Shown here piece after piece: positions 56,065 to 64,000 of a DNA stretch of 64,000 nucleotides. Numbering within the stretch: position 1 is the stretch's first letter; every line of letters begins with the position of its first letter. A program made the position numbers and the translations under genes. The stretch comes from an uncultured bacterium (GTDB taxonomy: Bacteria > Arandabacterota > Arandabacteria > Arandabacterales > JALGWA01), in NCBI GenBank assembly GCA_964604955.1, contig CAZSBE010000002.1:194-64193 (forward strand). Direction: 5' to 3'. The notes under the pieces were generated by a model, which was given only the letters and a program-made list of their open reading frames with translations, was not told the origin of the DNA and did no database searches.

Positions 56065-56108
56065 GGGGTCAGGTCTTCTCCGAGGGGGTCAGGTCTTGAA
56101 ATGCACAA
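56065..56108 (+). repeat. REP-like element: one truncated unit (GGGGTCAGGTCTTCTCCGA) plus one full unit (GGGGTCAGGTCTTGAAATGCACAA)
   Basis: Direct reading. It lies in the intergenic region between holB and the YbbR-like gene. Confidence 0.9.
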
Positions 56109-56112
56109 TGCC

Positions 56113-57477
56113 TCACGACCCCGCCGCCACCCTGAGCAAGGTGGCGTCGAGGAGGAGGCTGAGGTCGACGTTATAGGGGAGGATGCCGAAGGTGTCTTCG
56201 ATCTGGCGGGAAATGGAGAGGAGCGCCTGTTCGTCGAGAGACCTTGCGTGGTTTTGCATGGCAGTCAGGTACTTGTCGGGAAGCAGACTTCCAGTGACCC
56301 CCGATTTCACCCTGAGGGTTTCCACTATCCAGAAGATCAGAAGCTCGAACGTCGTCCGCACCTCATCGCGGAGCTTGCGCCTGTGGGCCACTCCCTCCCC
56401 CAGCACCGCCCGGGAGAAGGCGAACACGTGCTCGGGCCTGCCCGCCACTATGTGATCGAGAAGCGCGCGCACGGCGTCGAGTCTCTCTTCGACTCTCGAC
56501 AGGCTGAGCTCCAGCGCCCGGCCCGGGCAGTTACCCGAGAGCGCGGCGATCACCCCGGCCCGGTCTCCCGTATCCCCGACCAGGGATCCCAGGGCCTCGG
56601 CCATCTCCTGCGCCGTGAGCCGCTTGAAGCGCACCACCTGGCAGCGGGAGACGATGGTCGAGAAGAGGCTCCCGGCATCCGAAGTCACGAGGATTATTAC
56701 CGAGTCCTCCGGGGGCTCTTCCAGCGTCTTCAGCAGGCAGTTCTGGGCCTGCGGCGTCATCTTATGGGCGTCGTCTATGATCACCACTTTCTTGCCGTCA
56801 ATCAGGCTGCGCCTGGCGAGAAAGGACTGTACCGGTCTTGTGAATTGCCAGCCCTGGCGTTGAGTGACATATGCGATAGGTATGGCGCCGCGATAGGGCA
56901 TAAGCGAAAGAGGGTATTCGTAGAGAAGCCTCAAGAGGCGATACTCCTGCTCGGTCAGTTTGCCCTGATCGTAGGACTTCCTTATCGTCTCGGTGATCCG
57001 CGCCGGCGTGTAGCATTCCCTTGAGGGCACGCTGCCTTTCCCGAAGAGGTTGTCGCTTACGATGTTGAATCCGTCCACCGCCGGGTCGCGCTCAATATCG
57101 GGAAGGGGCTCCTCCAGGTACTCCCCCTCGGCGAGCGCTGCGACGGTCTGGCCGTAGCGTTCGCGCCAGTCTTCGCCCGTAAGCCCCAGGCTCGCTTTAA
57201 CAAACTCCCGGCCCAGCCAGCGCGGCTTGTTGGCATCGGCGATGAGAAGCAGCTCCGGGTGGTTGAGCGTGTCCATGGCCCGGCACGACTCGCAGCTGCC
57301 GGCGCCTTCGCAGGTGCAGTTGACGGCCCGCGCGAAATCAAGGGCCGCCTGCTTCTTGCCGACGCCGTCGGGCCCGAGAAGAAGATATGCGTGCCCCAGG
57401 CTCCTCGACGTCGCGACCCTTTCCAGGAGACCGAAGACCCTGCTGTTCCCTATTACCTTCCGCCCATTGTGCTGCAA
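56113..57477 (-). CDS. holB: DNA polymerase III subunit delta' with about 100-aa inserted region
   Basis: AAA+ P-loop GPDGVGK, and the SRC motif within TIVSRCQVVRF. There is an insertion between Walker A and the DEAD-like VVIIDDAHKM. Confidence 0.8.
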   Translation of the reverse strand: MQHNGRKVIGNSRVFGLLERVATSRSLGHAYLLLGPDGVGKKQAALDFARAVNCTCEGAGSCESCRAMDTLNHPELLLIADANKPRWLGREFVKASLGLTGEDWRERYGQTVAALAEGEYLEEPLPDIERDPAVDGFNIVSDNLFGKGSVPSRECYTPARITETIRKSYDQGKLTEQEYRLLRLLYEYPLSLMPYRGAIPIAYVTQRQGWQFTRPVQSFLARRSLIDGKKVVIIDDAHKMTPQAQNCLLKTLEEPPEDSVIILVTSDAGSLFSTIVSRCQVVRFKRLTAQEMAEALGSLVGDTGDRAGVIAALSGNCPGRALELSLSRVEERLDAVRALLDHIVAGRPEHVFAFSRAVLGEGVAHRRKLRDEVRTTFELLIFWIVETLRVKSGVTGSLLPDKYLTAMQNHARSLDEQALLSISRQIEDTFGILPYNVDLSLLLDATLLRVAAGS

Positions 57478-58536
57478 GCCTCAACCCCCAGCGTTGAGAT
57501 GAGCCGCTCGAGTACTATCTTATGAGGCACCGACGTGCTCACGAGTTCGACATTCGCTTCCAGAAGCCCGCCCAGGAACCGGACCAGCGCGCCCACCTCG
57601 AAACCCGAGCCCTCCTTGAACCGCATGTAGATCGCGTACGGCCGCATCCACATATAAGAATCGCGCCGCGAGATGCCCGCGTCCTTCGTCCATGCGTCGA
57701 AGCGCGGGAAGACCATGTTCTTGAAAGCGCCGAACTGCATGTTCTCGTCCCAGCCGCTGACGGTATTGTCCAGAAACAGCCTCACCTGGATCAGGCAGCG
57801 GATCTCCCGCGAGATCCTGTAGAGCAGACCGATGGCAGACTCGTCCGGCCGGTCCAGCAGCTCCGCGAGCAGCGCCATCGCGGCCGCCGAATCCCTTGTT
57901 ATCACCGCGCGCGTAAGTTCGTACACCTTCTCATGCCTGGACTTTCCCACCACGGCCTCTATGTCCGCGGCCGTGACCTCGCCGGCGTCGCCCACATAGG
58001 TCACGACCTTTTCGATCTCCGTGCCTATGGCCCGCAGGTCGTCCTTCAGGTCCAGGAGCAGTTGGGCTACGTCGCGGTTTGCCGCCTTGCCGAGGTCCCT
58101 GAATTTCCTGAGTACATAGCGCTCCATGGCTTCGGCGTCCATCACCGGCACTTCCATGAGCCCGCCCATCCTGTTCACGGTCTTCACGAGCTTGAGGCGC
58201 TTGTCGACGTCCTTTGTCACCAGTATTAGTATCTGCCCGGGAACGAGGCCCTCGGAGACGCATTTCTCGATCTCGGAGATGAGCTTCCTCTGCTTCCCGA
58301 ACCTGAGATGTTTGAGCACCGTCACCTTGTTGGCGGAGAACAGGGAGGGCGATACGATCTCGGCCAGAACGTCGTCGGTCCGCCCTTCCTCGCAGTCGAC
58401 GGTTTCAATGGCCGGATCTTCACCGACCGCCGCCCGAAGTTTCACCAGAAGAGTGGCAAGCATCTCCTCGACAAGGAACTCATCCTCGCCGAAGACCAGA
58501 TAGACATTGCTCGGCACATCGCTGCGGGGGCTCAAG
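57453..58536 (-). CDS. holA: DNA polymerase III subunit delta
   Basis: The conserved N-terminus is VYLVFGEDEFL. There is no in-frame ATG or GTG near it. A TTG at 58536 gives M-SPRSDVPSNVYLVFGEDEFL and overlaps the upstream TGA stop (TTGA). The ORF-track start at 58898 would overlap the upstream gene by about 370 nt. Confidence 0.7.
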
Positions 58537-59827
58537 CGGCCTCCTGAAGCGGATAGGACACGTATTGATCGAGAAACGAAACCCTGTAGAGCTCCACGAG
58601 ACTCTTGACGGCCTCGTCGTCGAACTTGGTGGACGCCCCTTTCACGATCTTGCCCACGGCCTGGTCTATTTTCATGGCGTCCCTGTATGGCCTGTCCGAG
58701 GTCATGGCGACGAAGGCGTCTGCCACCCTGAGGAGGCCCGCTTCCCGCGGTATCTCCTCGGCCCGGAGCCCGCGGGGATAGCCCCTCCCGTCGGGCCGCT
58801 CGTGATGGGCGCGCACTATCTCGCTCACGCGCTCGAGGGAGCGTACCCTGCCGATTATGTCGGCGCCGATCTCGGCATGCTGCCTTACCCTCATCCACTC
58901 GACCGGCGTCAGCGGCTCAGGCTTGGAAAGGGAACGCTTGGCCAGCGAGAGATACCCAATGTCATGCAGCAGCGCCGCGTACTCCAGTGCCTGTATTCTC
59001 CAACCGGAGAGACCCGAGCGCTTGGCGAGCTCCACGGCGAGGCCGGCGACGCGCTCCGACTCCCCGCCCATGAAGGGCGTCGTTGAATCTACCGTGCTCG
59101 CGAGGGCTGCAACCGTCTCCCTCTGGCTGCTGAGGAGATCGAGGTTCACCTTCGAGCTCCTGGCGTAGTAGACCAGCCACAGGAAAAACACCACGACCAG
59201 CAGGGTAGAGAAACCCGAATACAGGAATGCCAGCGTCGTTCCCACGACCGGGGCCGCGAACGACTGGGGCAGCAGATAGAGGTAATTGGCCCGCCAGGCC
59301 GTGACCGGGAACCTCTTCAGGTTGAGCGAGGACCAGACCGTTACAAGACCGGTATTCATCGAGAAGTAGGTCAGGTGGCACAGCACGATAGGCAGGATGA
59401 GGCCGGTGCCGGTCGAGAGGGTATAGCCGGCCCCCAGCAGCGGGACGCCTCCCGCCAGGCGGTAAACCGTCCCGGCCAGGAAGAGCGAGACCACCATCTG
59501 GGACACATTGAAAACCGCCCGCGGCACGCCGAAGCGGAGATAGAACTTCAGGAGTATGAGCATCGCTACGGCCCCGACCCACGCGGCCACGCTCGCACCG
59601 TACGTGATGATGACGGCGAAGTTGACGACGGCCGTTCCTATCACGCCCCCGCCGCTCTGGAGTGACACATAGGTCAGGATGCCGGCCACGACGAGGAGCG
59701 AGAACCAGATGAGGAGCCCGAAGGAGTCGGTCGAAAGAGCGGCAGCAAACCCGGGAATCGAGTAAGCGAGAATGAGCCCCGCGATTACAGCGAGCGCGAG
59801 TGCGAACGCAGATCCTCTGCTCTTCAT
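58532..59827 (-). CDS. Polytopic membrane (about 7 TM) HD-GYP domain protein
   Basis: N-terminal 230 aa are hydrophobic helices. HD-GYP motifs LHDIGY and HHERPDGRGYP. Confidence 0.8.
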   Translation of the reverse strand: MKSRGSAFALALAVIAGLILAYSIPGFAAALSTDSFGLLIWFSLLVVAGILTYVSLQSGGGVIGTAVVNFAVIITYGASVAAWVGAVAMLILLKFYLRFGVPRAVFNVSQMVVSLFLAGTVYRLAGGVPLLGAGYTLSTGTGLILPIVLCHLTYFSMNTGLVTVWSSLNLKRFPVTAWRANYLYLLPQSFAAPVVGTTLAFLYSGFSTLLVVVFFLWLVYYARSSKVNLDLLSSQRETVAALASTVDSTTPFMGGESERVAGLAVELAKRSGLSGWRIQALEYAALLHDIGYLSLAKRSLSKPEPLTPVEWMRVRQHAEIGADIIGRVRSLERVSEIVRAHHERPDGRGYPRGLRAEEIPREAGLLRVADAFVAMTSDRPYRDAMKIDQAVGKIVKGASTKFDDEAVKSLVELYRVSFLDQYVSYPLQEAA

Positions 59828-59981
59828 CCCTGAATGCTTCCCGTTCCGACCGGCCCGTTGTCAGCCGATCACGTCCCAGAAACCGAATGTCCTCATCAGC
59901 CCGAGCATGGTGCTCAGGAACTGTCCCAGTGGTGCTCTAAGCATCGCTCTCCGCCTGAGGTACAGACTGAGTCCGCGGCTG

Positions 59982-61280
59982 TCAGCCGCAGGCCACCTTC
60001 TTGTCCTCTATCATACGCATAAGGTACTCGACGACTACCGGATCGAACTCGCTTCCAGACCCCTCCGAGAGTTCATTCACGGCATCCTCCAGGCTCCGTC
60101 TCTTCCTGTACGGGCGGTCGGTGGTCATGGCGTCGAAGGCGTCGGCGACGTTGAGTATCCTCGCGCCCACCGATATCTCGTGCCCCATGAGCCCTTCCGG
60201 ATAGCCCCGGCCGTCCGGCCGCTCGTGATGCTGCGCGACTATCTCGGCGGATTCACGGAGCAGCCTCAGCCGCGAGATAATGTCGGCGCTCGACCGGGGA
60301 TGCTGTCTTATCATCTCCATTTCGTCTTCATCCAGCGGCCCGGGCTTCGACAGCACCTCGGTATCCACGCCTATCTTGCCGATGTCGTGAAGCAGCGCGC
60401 CGCCCTCGATCTTCTCGACCGTGACTTCAGGGAAACCCATCTCCCTTGCGAGCCTGCAGGCCAGGCGCGACACCCGGTTGGAGTGGTCGTGCGTGTATCT
60501 GTCTCGAGCATCGACCGAGGAGGACAGAGCCCTGACAGCCTCTATTCTCGAAGCCCGGAGGTCGAGGCCGCGCTTGAACGCGTCCCTCGTAAGGAGAACC
60601 GGAAACGCGAAAGCCACGAAGGCCGCCGGACCCGCGGCGCGGTAAACGACGCAGGCCAGGGCGCCCAGCACGACCGTGAAGAAGTGATGGTGCAGGGTCC
60701 GGCCGTAGTTGAGCAGCCAGTACTCGCCGAGGTCATACTCCGTTCGCTTCCGGAACAGCGTATCGACCATCGAACTCATGACGAGATAACCGAGCGAGCT
60801 CAGAAGCAGCGCAGGCACGGCGGCAGCCGAGAATATCCATGAGTCGAGAAGACCGGAATCGCGGGTGATGAGCACGGCCTGGCTCTCGTTCAGGAGAATC
60901 ATCCACGTGGGAACGAGGGCGCGCCACAACCCGAGCGCCGTGAACAGCGCGACGACGTTGCGCAGAGCCATGACCGGCACGGCGCGCATGGGCCTGCCCC
61001 TGACTGCGGCGGACGCTATGGCCGCCGCGATACCCAACGGAGCTATCCTCGCACCGCCCGCGAGAAGACACAGCGCCAGCAACACACTGTCGGAAGGAGA
61101 CAGGAAGCCCCCCCACGGAAGTTCCAGCGTAAAGAGGCATAGAGTTGCGACGACCGCGGTTATTGCGACGGTGTGGAGCGCGGGGAAACCGAGATAGGAA
61201 ATCGATGCTCCTATGAGCAAAGTACCGGCAAGGAAAGCCAACACCCGCAAAATTGTATATGGTCTGAGGCCCGATCTCAT
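59982..61280 (-). CDS. Polytopic membrane HD-GYP domain protein (paralog of the upstream gene)
   Basis: Same architecture as the gene at 58532. Motifs LHDIGKIGV and HHERPDGRGYP. Confidence 0.8.
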   Translation of the reverse strand: MRSGLRPYTILRVLAFLAGTLLIGASISYLGFPALHTVAITAVVATLCLFTLELPWGGFLSPSDSVLLALCLLAGGARIAPLGIAAAIASAAVRGRPMRAVPVMALRNVVALFTALGLWRALVPTWMILLNESQAVLITRDSGLLDSWIFSAAAVPALLLSSLGYLVMSSMVDTLFRKRTEYDLGEYWLLNYGRTLHHHFFTVVLGALACVVYRAAGPAAFVAFAFPVLLTRDAFKRGLDLRASRIEAVRALSSSVDARDRYTHDHSNRVSRLACRLAREMGFPEVTVEKIEGGALLHDIGKIGVDTEVLSKPGPLDEDEMEMIRQHPRSSADIISRLRLLRESAEIVAQHHERPDGRGYPEGLMGHEISVGARILNVADAFDAMTTDRPYRKRRSLEDAVNELSEGSGSEFDPVVVEYLMRMIEDKKVACG

Positions 61281-61392
61281 TGCCTCGGGATATCCTCCTC
61301 ACTTATCAAATCCACATGCGCGCCGTGTAGCAGTCCACATGTTACACCAATTCCCGGGATTTTCACACCTTTTCTTGACATCATTTTGCTCC

Positions 61393-62295
61393 CTAATGAT
61401 AAACCCTCTGGAGTCCCGCCTGATGGGCCGCCGCGAGCGCCGCCTCGAATTCGCGCCGGCTGAGGCCGCCGGAGATTTCCTCGAATCCAGCCGACTTGTA
61501 GCAGGGCCTGTACTGGGCCATGACGTTTACGAAAGCCCGGGGAGAGAGTCTGCCGGCGATGAACTCGAAGATCCTGGCGGCGTCCGCCAGGCCCCCGGGC
61601 ATGACCAGATGCCGTATGATGAGACCGCGCAACGCTATGCCGTCTCTTATGATAAGGTCGCCGACCTGGCTCTGCATCTCGGCGACGGCGCGCGTTGCCA
61701 CCTCGCGGTAGTCGGGGGCTTCGCAGTAGGAACGCGCGGGCTTGTCGCTCCAGAACTTGAAGTCCGGCATGTAAATATCAACCACCCCCCTGAGAAGCCT
61801 CATGGCTTCGCCTCCTTCATAGCCGCCGCAGTTATAGACAAGCGGTACCGACAGGCCGTCGCGCGCGGCGATGAGGGTCGCTTCCAGTATTTGCGGAAGA
61901 TAATGCGTGGGCGTTACGAGGTTGATGTTATGGCAACCGTCGCGCTCCAGACCGCACATCACGGCTGCCAGGTCCACCGGCTCGACTTCCCCGCCGCGAC
62001 ACTCGTGGCTTATGTCGTAGTTCTGGCAGAAGCAGCACTTGAGGTTGCAGCCTGAGAAGAAAATGGTCCCCGAGCCATCACGCCCCACGAGCGGAGACTC
62101 CTCGCCGAAGTGGGGCCCGAAGCTGGCCACGGCTGCAAGTGCTCCGCCCCCGCAATAACCCCGTTCCCCCTTCGACCTGTCCACTCCGCAGCGCCGGGGG
62201 CACAGGGCGCAACTCGAGAGCATCGCTTTGGCCGCAGAAACGCGCCTTTCGAGCTCGCCTGATTCCAAGAGATCCCTATAGGCGGGAAAGCCCAT
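61393..62295 (-). CDS. Radical SAM protein (PflX/activase-like)
   Basis: CNLKCCFCQN cluster motif. Additional upstream CxxC(x)C (CALCPRRCG). Confidence 0.7.
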   Translation of the reverse strand: MGFPAYRDLLESGELERRVSAAKAMLSSCALCPRRCGVDRSKGERGYCGGGALAAVASFGPHFGEESPLVGRDGSGTIFFSGCNLKCCFCQNYDISHECRGGEVEPVDLAAVMCGLERDGCHNINLVTPTHYLPQILEATLIAARDGLSVPLVYNCGGYEGGEAMRLLRGVVDIYMPDFKFWSDKPARSYCEAPDYREVATRAVAEMQSQVGDLIIRDGIALRGLIIRHLVMPGGLADAARIFEFIAGRLSPRAFVNVMAQYRPCYKSAGFEEISGGLSRREFEAALAAAHQAGLQRVYH

Positions 62296-62298
62296 AGG

Positions 62299-63228
62299 TC
62301 AGTCGACGATTACGTCGGAGGGGAGTATATACTTGAGCGGGTTCTGCGCTACGCCGCTTATTCTCACTTCGTAGTGGAGATGCGGGGCTGTCGACCGGCC
62401 CGTATTCCCGACATAGGCGATGACATCGCCGCGCTTCACGTTCTTGCCGACCCGTACGAGGTTCTTGGCGTTGTGGGCGTACCGCGTGACCATGCCGTTG
62501 CCGTGATCGATCTCCACCGTATATCCGTATCCGCGACTGTATTTCGAGACGACGACAACGCCGTCGGCGGTCGCGTACACTTTGGCGCCGCTTCTGGTCT
62601 GGAAGTCGAGGCCTTCATGGCGGCTGATGCGCTTGGTGAAGGGATCCCGCCGCTTGCCGAAGCCGCTCGAGATGAAGCCGCCGTCAACGGGCCTCAGCGA
62701 CGGGATGTACTTGAGGTCCTCGGTCTTCTGGCGGAGTTGCTCGTAGATCTCGTCGAAAGAGTGGCGCTGGAGTTTCATCTGTCTCAGGAGCTTCTCGATG
62801 TCGCTGTCCAGCAGCGAGATTCTCTCCCCCAGGGGGCCGTCGGGCAGCGTGTAGCCCGTCTCCGGACCACCGATACCCACTTCCCACACATCCTTGTCGA
62901 TGGGCTCGAGGTCGGCCATTATCCTCATTCTCTCTTCGAAGACGACGTGTTCATTCATATCGCCCTCGAGCGAGGTGACCTTCTCGGTCAGCCGGTCCAG
63001 CTCGGCCCTCAGGGTCTCGTTCTCACTGGAAAGGCCGGCCAGGCGGGCGTGGTCTATCCTCTCGGAGACCCCGCACAGCCCCGCGTACAGCGAGAACGCG
63101 AATAGCGAACCGATACCAATAGCTACAAATACAAGCAAGGTCCGGGGTATGGATATGGTCCTGGGCTTTGCTTTCGCTGACTGCATGACGATGACTGTAA
63201 ACCTCTCAGAGAGCACTCCAACCCCCAA
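62299..63228 (-). CDS. M23-family metallopeptidase with N-terminal TM anchor and coiled-coil region (EnvC/NlpD-like)
   Basis: LytM motifs HEGLDF and HLHYEVR. The start could instead be MQSAK at 63186. Confidence 0.8.
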   Translation of the reverse strand: MGVGVLSERFTVIVMQSAKAKPRTISIPRTLLVFVAIGIGSLFAFSLYAGLCGVSERIDHARLAGLSSENETLRAELDRLTEKVTSLEGDMNEHVVFEERMRIMADLEPIDKDVWEVGIGGPETGYTLPDGPLGERISLLDSDIEKLLRQMKLQRHSFDEIYEQLRQKTEDLKYIPSLRPVDGGFISSGFGKRRDPFTKRISRHEGLDFQTRSGAKVYATADGVVVVSKYSRGYGYTVEIDHGNGMVTRYAHNAKNLVRVGKNVKRGDVIAYVGNTGRSTAPHLHYEVRISGVAQNPLKYILPSDVIVD

Positions 63229-63290
63229 ACGCAGACGTACAGCGTCGGAGGGTAGAGAATCGCGGCCTGGTTGTCAAGTAAATTATCGGC

Positions 63291-63959
63291 TCAGTTCAGA
63301 TAGGCCTTGAGGTGAACGCTCCTCGAGGCATGTCTCAGCCTCTGTATGGCCTTTTCCTTGATCTGCCTGACCCGCTCGCGGGTTAATCCCAGGATCCTTC
63401 CGATTTCCTCGAGCGTGAGGGCCTCCTCGCGACCGATCCCGAAATACAGCGTCAGGATCTTGGCCTCGCGGGCGCCCAGCATCTCGAGCGCTTCTGCCAC
63501 ATCCTCCTGGAGCGACCTGTCGATGACGCTCTTATCCGGCGAAGGCGCGTCCTCATCCGGGAGAACCTCCCGGAGCGAACTGTCGTCCTCATCGGTGGTA
63601 GGGGCATCGATCGAGAGATGCGGTATCGACACCTTGAGGGTATCCGATACCTCCTTCTCGCTGATATCAAGATGCTCGGCGATCTCGTGGGCCGTAGGCT
63701 CCCTGCCGAGCTCGTGACCCAGCTCACCCGATGTCTTGCCTATGCGGCTCAGCGTACCCGCCCTGTTGAGCGGCAGCCTGACGATTCTCGACTGCTCCGC
63801 CAGGGCCTGGAGTATGCGCTGCCTTATCCACCAGATCGCATAGGAAATGAACTTGCAGCCCTTCTTCTCATCAAAGGTCGTCGCCGCGCGTACGAGACCC
63901 GCGTTGCCTTCGCTGATGAGATCGGCAAGGCTCAAGCCCCTGTTCCTGTACTGCCTGGC
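63291..63959 (-). CDS. Sigma-70 family sigma factor, regions 2.2-4.2 only; the reading frame is closed by TAG immediately upstream of conserved region 2.2
   Basis: It aligns with the RpoD C-terminal two thirds (RQYRNRGLSLADLISEGNAGL, KFISYAIWWIRQ, EIGRILGLTRERVRQIKEKAIQRLRH). No in-frame region 2.1 precedes it within the remaining 40 nt of the window. Confidence 0.65.
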   Translation of the reverse strand, partial: ARQYRNRGLSLADLISEGNAGLVRAATTFDEKKGCKFISYAIWWIRQRILQALAEQSRIVRLPLNRAGTLSRIGKTSGELGHELGREPTAHEIAEHLDISEKEVSDTLKVSIPHLSIDAPTTDEDDSSLREVLPDEDAPSPDKSVIDRSLQEDVAEALEMLGAREAKILTLYFGIGREEALTLEEIGRILGLTRERVRQIKEKAIQRLRHASRSVHLKAYLN

Positions 63960-64000
63960 CTATGTATTTCCTCACATTTAACACCTCATCATCACGTACT

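Noticed and set aside
57453-58898. 481-aa holA ORF beginning at MDEGK.
   Set aside because: It would overlap the upstream HD-GYP gene by about 370 nt with an Arg/Gly-rich non-homologous extension. The TTG start at 58536 fits the conserved N-terminus.
1-64000. tRNA, rRNA, riboswitch or other structured RNA genes.
   Set aside because: Intergenic space is very limited (the largest gaps are 150-250 bp). I saw no cloverleaf-like or rRNA-like sequence by eye, though I cannot run covariance models here.

Overview
This 64 kb window is high-GC (~65%) bacterial chromosome. It is very gene-dense, with about 55 protein-coding genes. All but one lie on the minus strand. The only plus-strand gene is a Y1 (IS200/RAYT-like) tyrosine transposase. 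I could not recognise any rRNA, tRNA or CRISPR array by eye.

Main features, from the start of the window:
- 1-9.1 kb: a cluster for selenium-dependent molybdenum hydroxylase accessory functions plus reductive pyrimidine/hydantoin catabolism. It has XdhC, MocA, YqeC, a CoxS-like 2Fe-2S subunit, a PLP fold-II enzyme, dihydropyrimidinase, PreA-like dihydropyrimidine dehydrogenase and an N-carbamoyl amidohydrolase.
- 9.2-19.2 kb: secreted and outer-membrane proteins. These include a PMT-like membrane protein with TPR repeats, an M28 peptidase with a sorting-type C-terminal domain, a ComEA-type HhH domain fused to an outer-membrane beta-barrel, a metallophosphoesterase, a beta-barrel and a lamin-tail-domain protein.
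- 19.2-25.6 kb and 56.1 kb: the transposase flanked in inverted orientation by a short 23-25 bp GC-rich tandem repeat. Copies of this repeat recur at five intergenic loci. Two of these copies encode the last four residues (G-V-R-S) and the stop codon of gpmA and sdhB.
- Central metabolism: gpmA, fbaB and sdhAB. The sdhAB pair lacks a canonical membrane-anchor gene but sits next to c-type cytochromes.
- A radical-SAM/methyltransferase/GNAT cassette.
- Housekeeping genes: rsmI, recJ, threonine aldolase, selB, murA, prmC, prfA, a DUF1385 gene, rpmE, rho, priA, tsaD, holB, holA, an M23 peptidase and a sigma-70 family gene that looks truncated at its N-terminus at the window edge.
- 46-61 kb: a cyclic-di-GMP signalling island. 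It has four HD-GYP proteins, a histidine-kinase/GAF/HD-GYP hybrid with a degenerate HD motif, a GAF sensor-kinase-like protein lacking the phosphoacceptor His, and a receiver-GGDEF protein with a GGDDF signature.

The sorting-type C-terminal domains and the lamin-tail protein suggest an uncultivated high-GC lineage, possibly in the FCB group, but this is not certain. Every protein call is based on reading motifs in the supplied translations, not on database searches.
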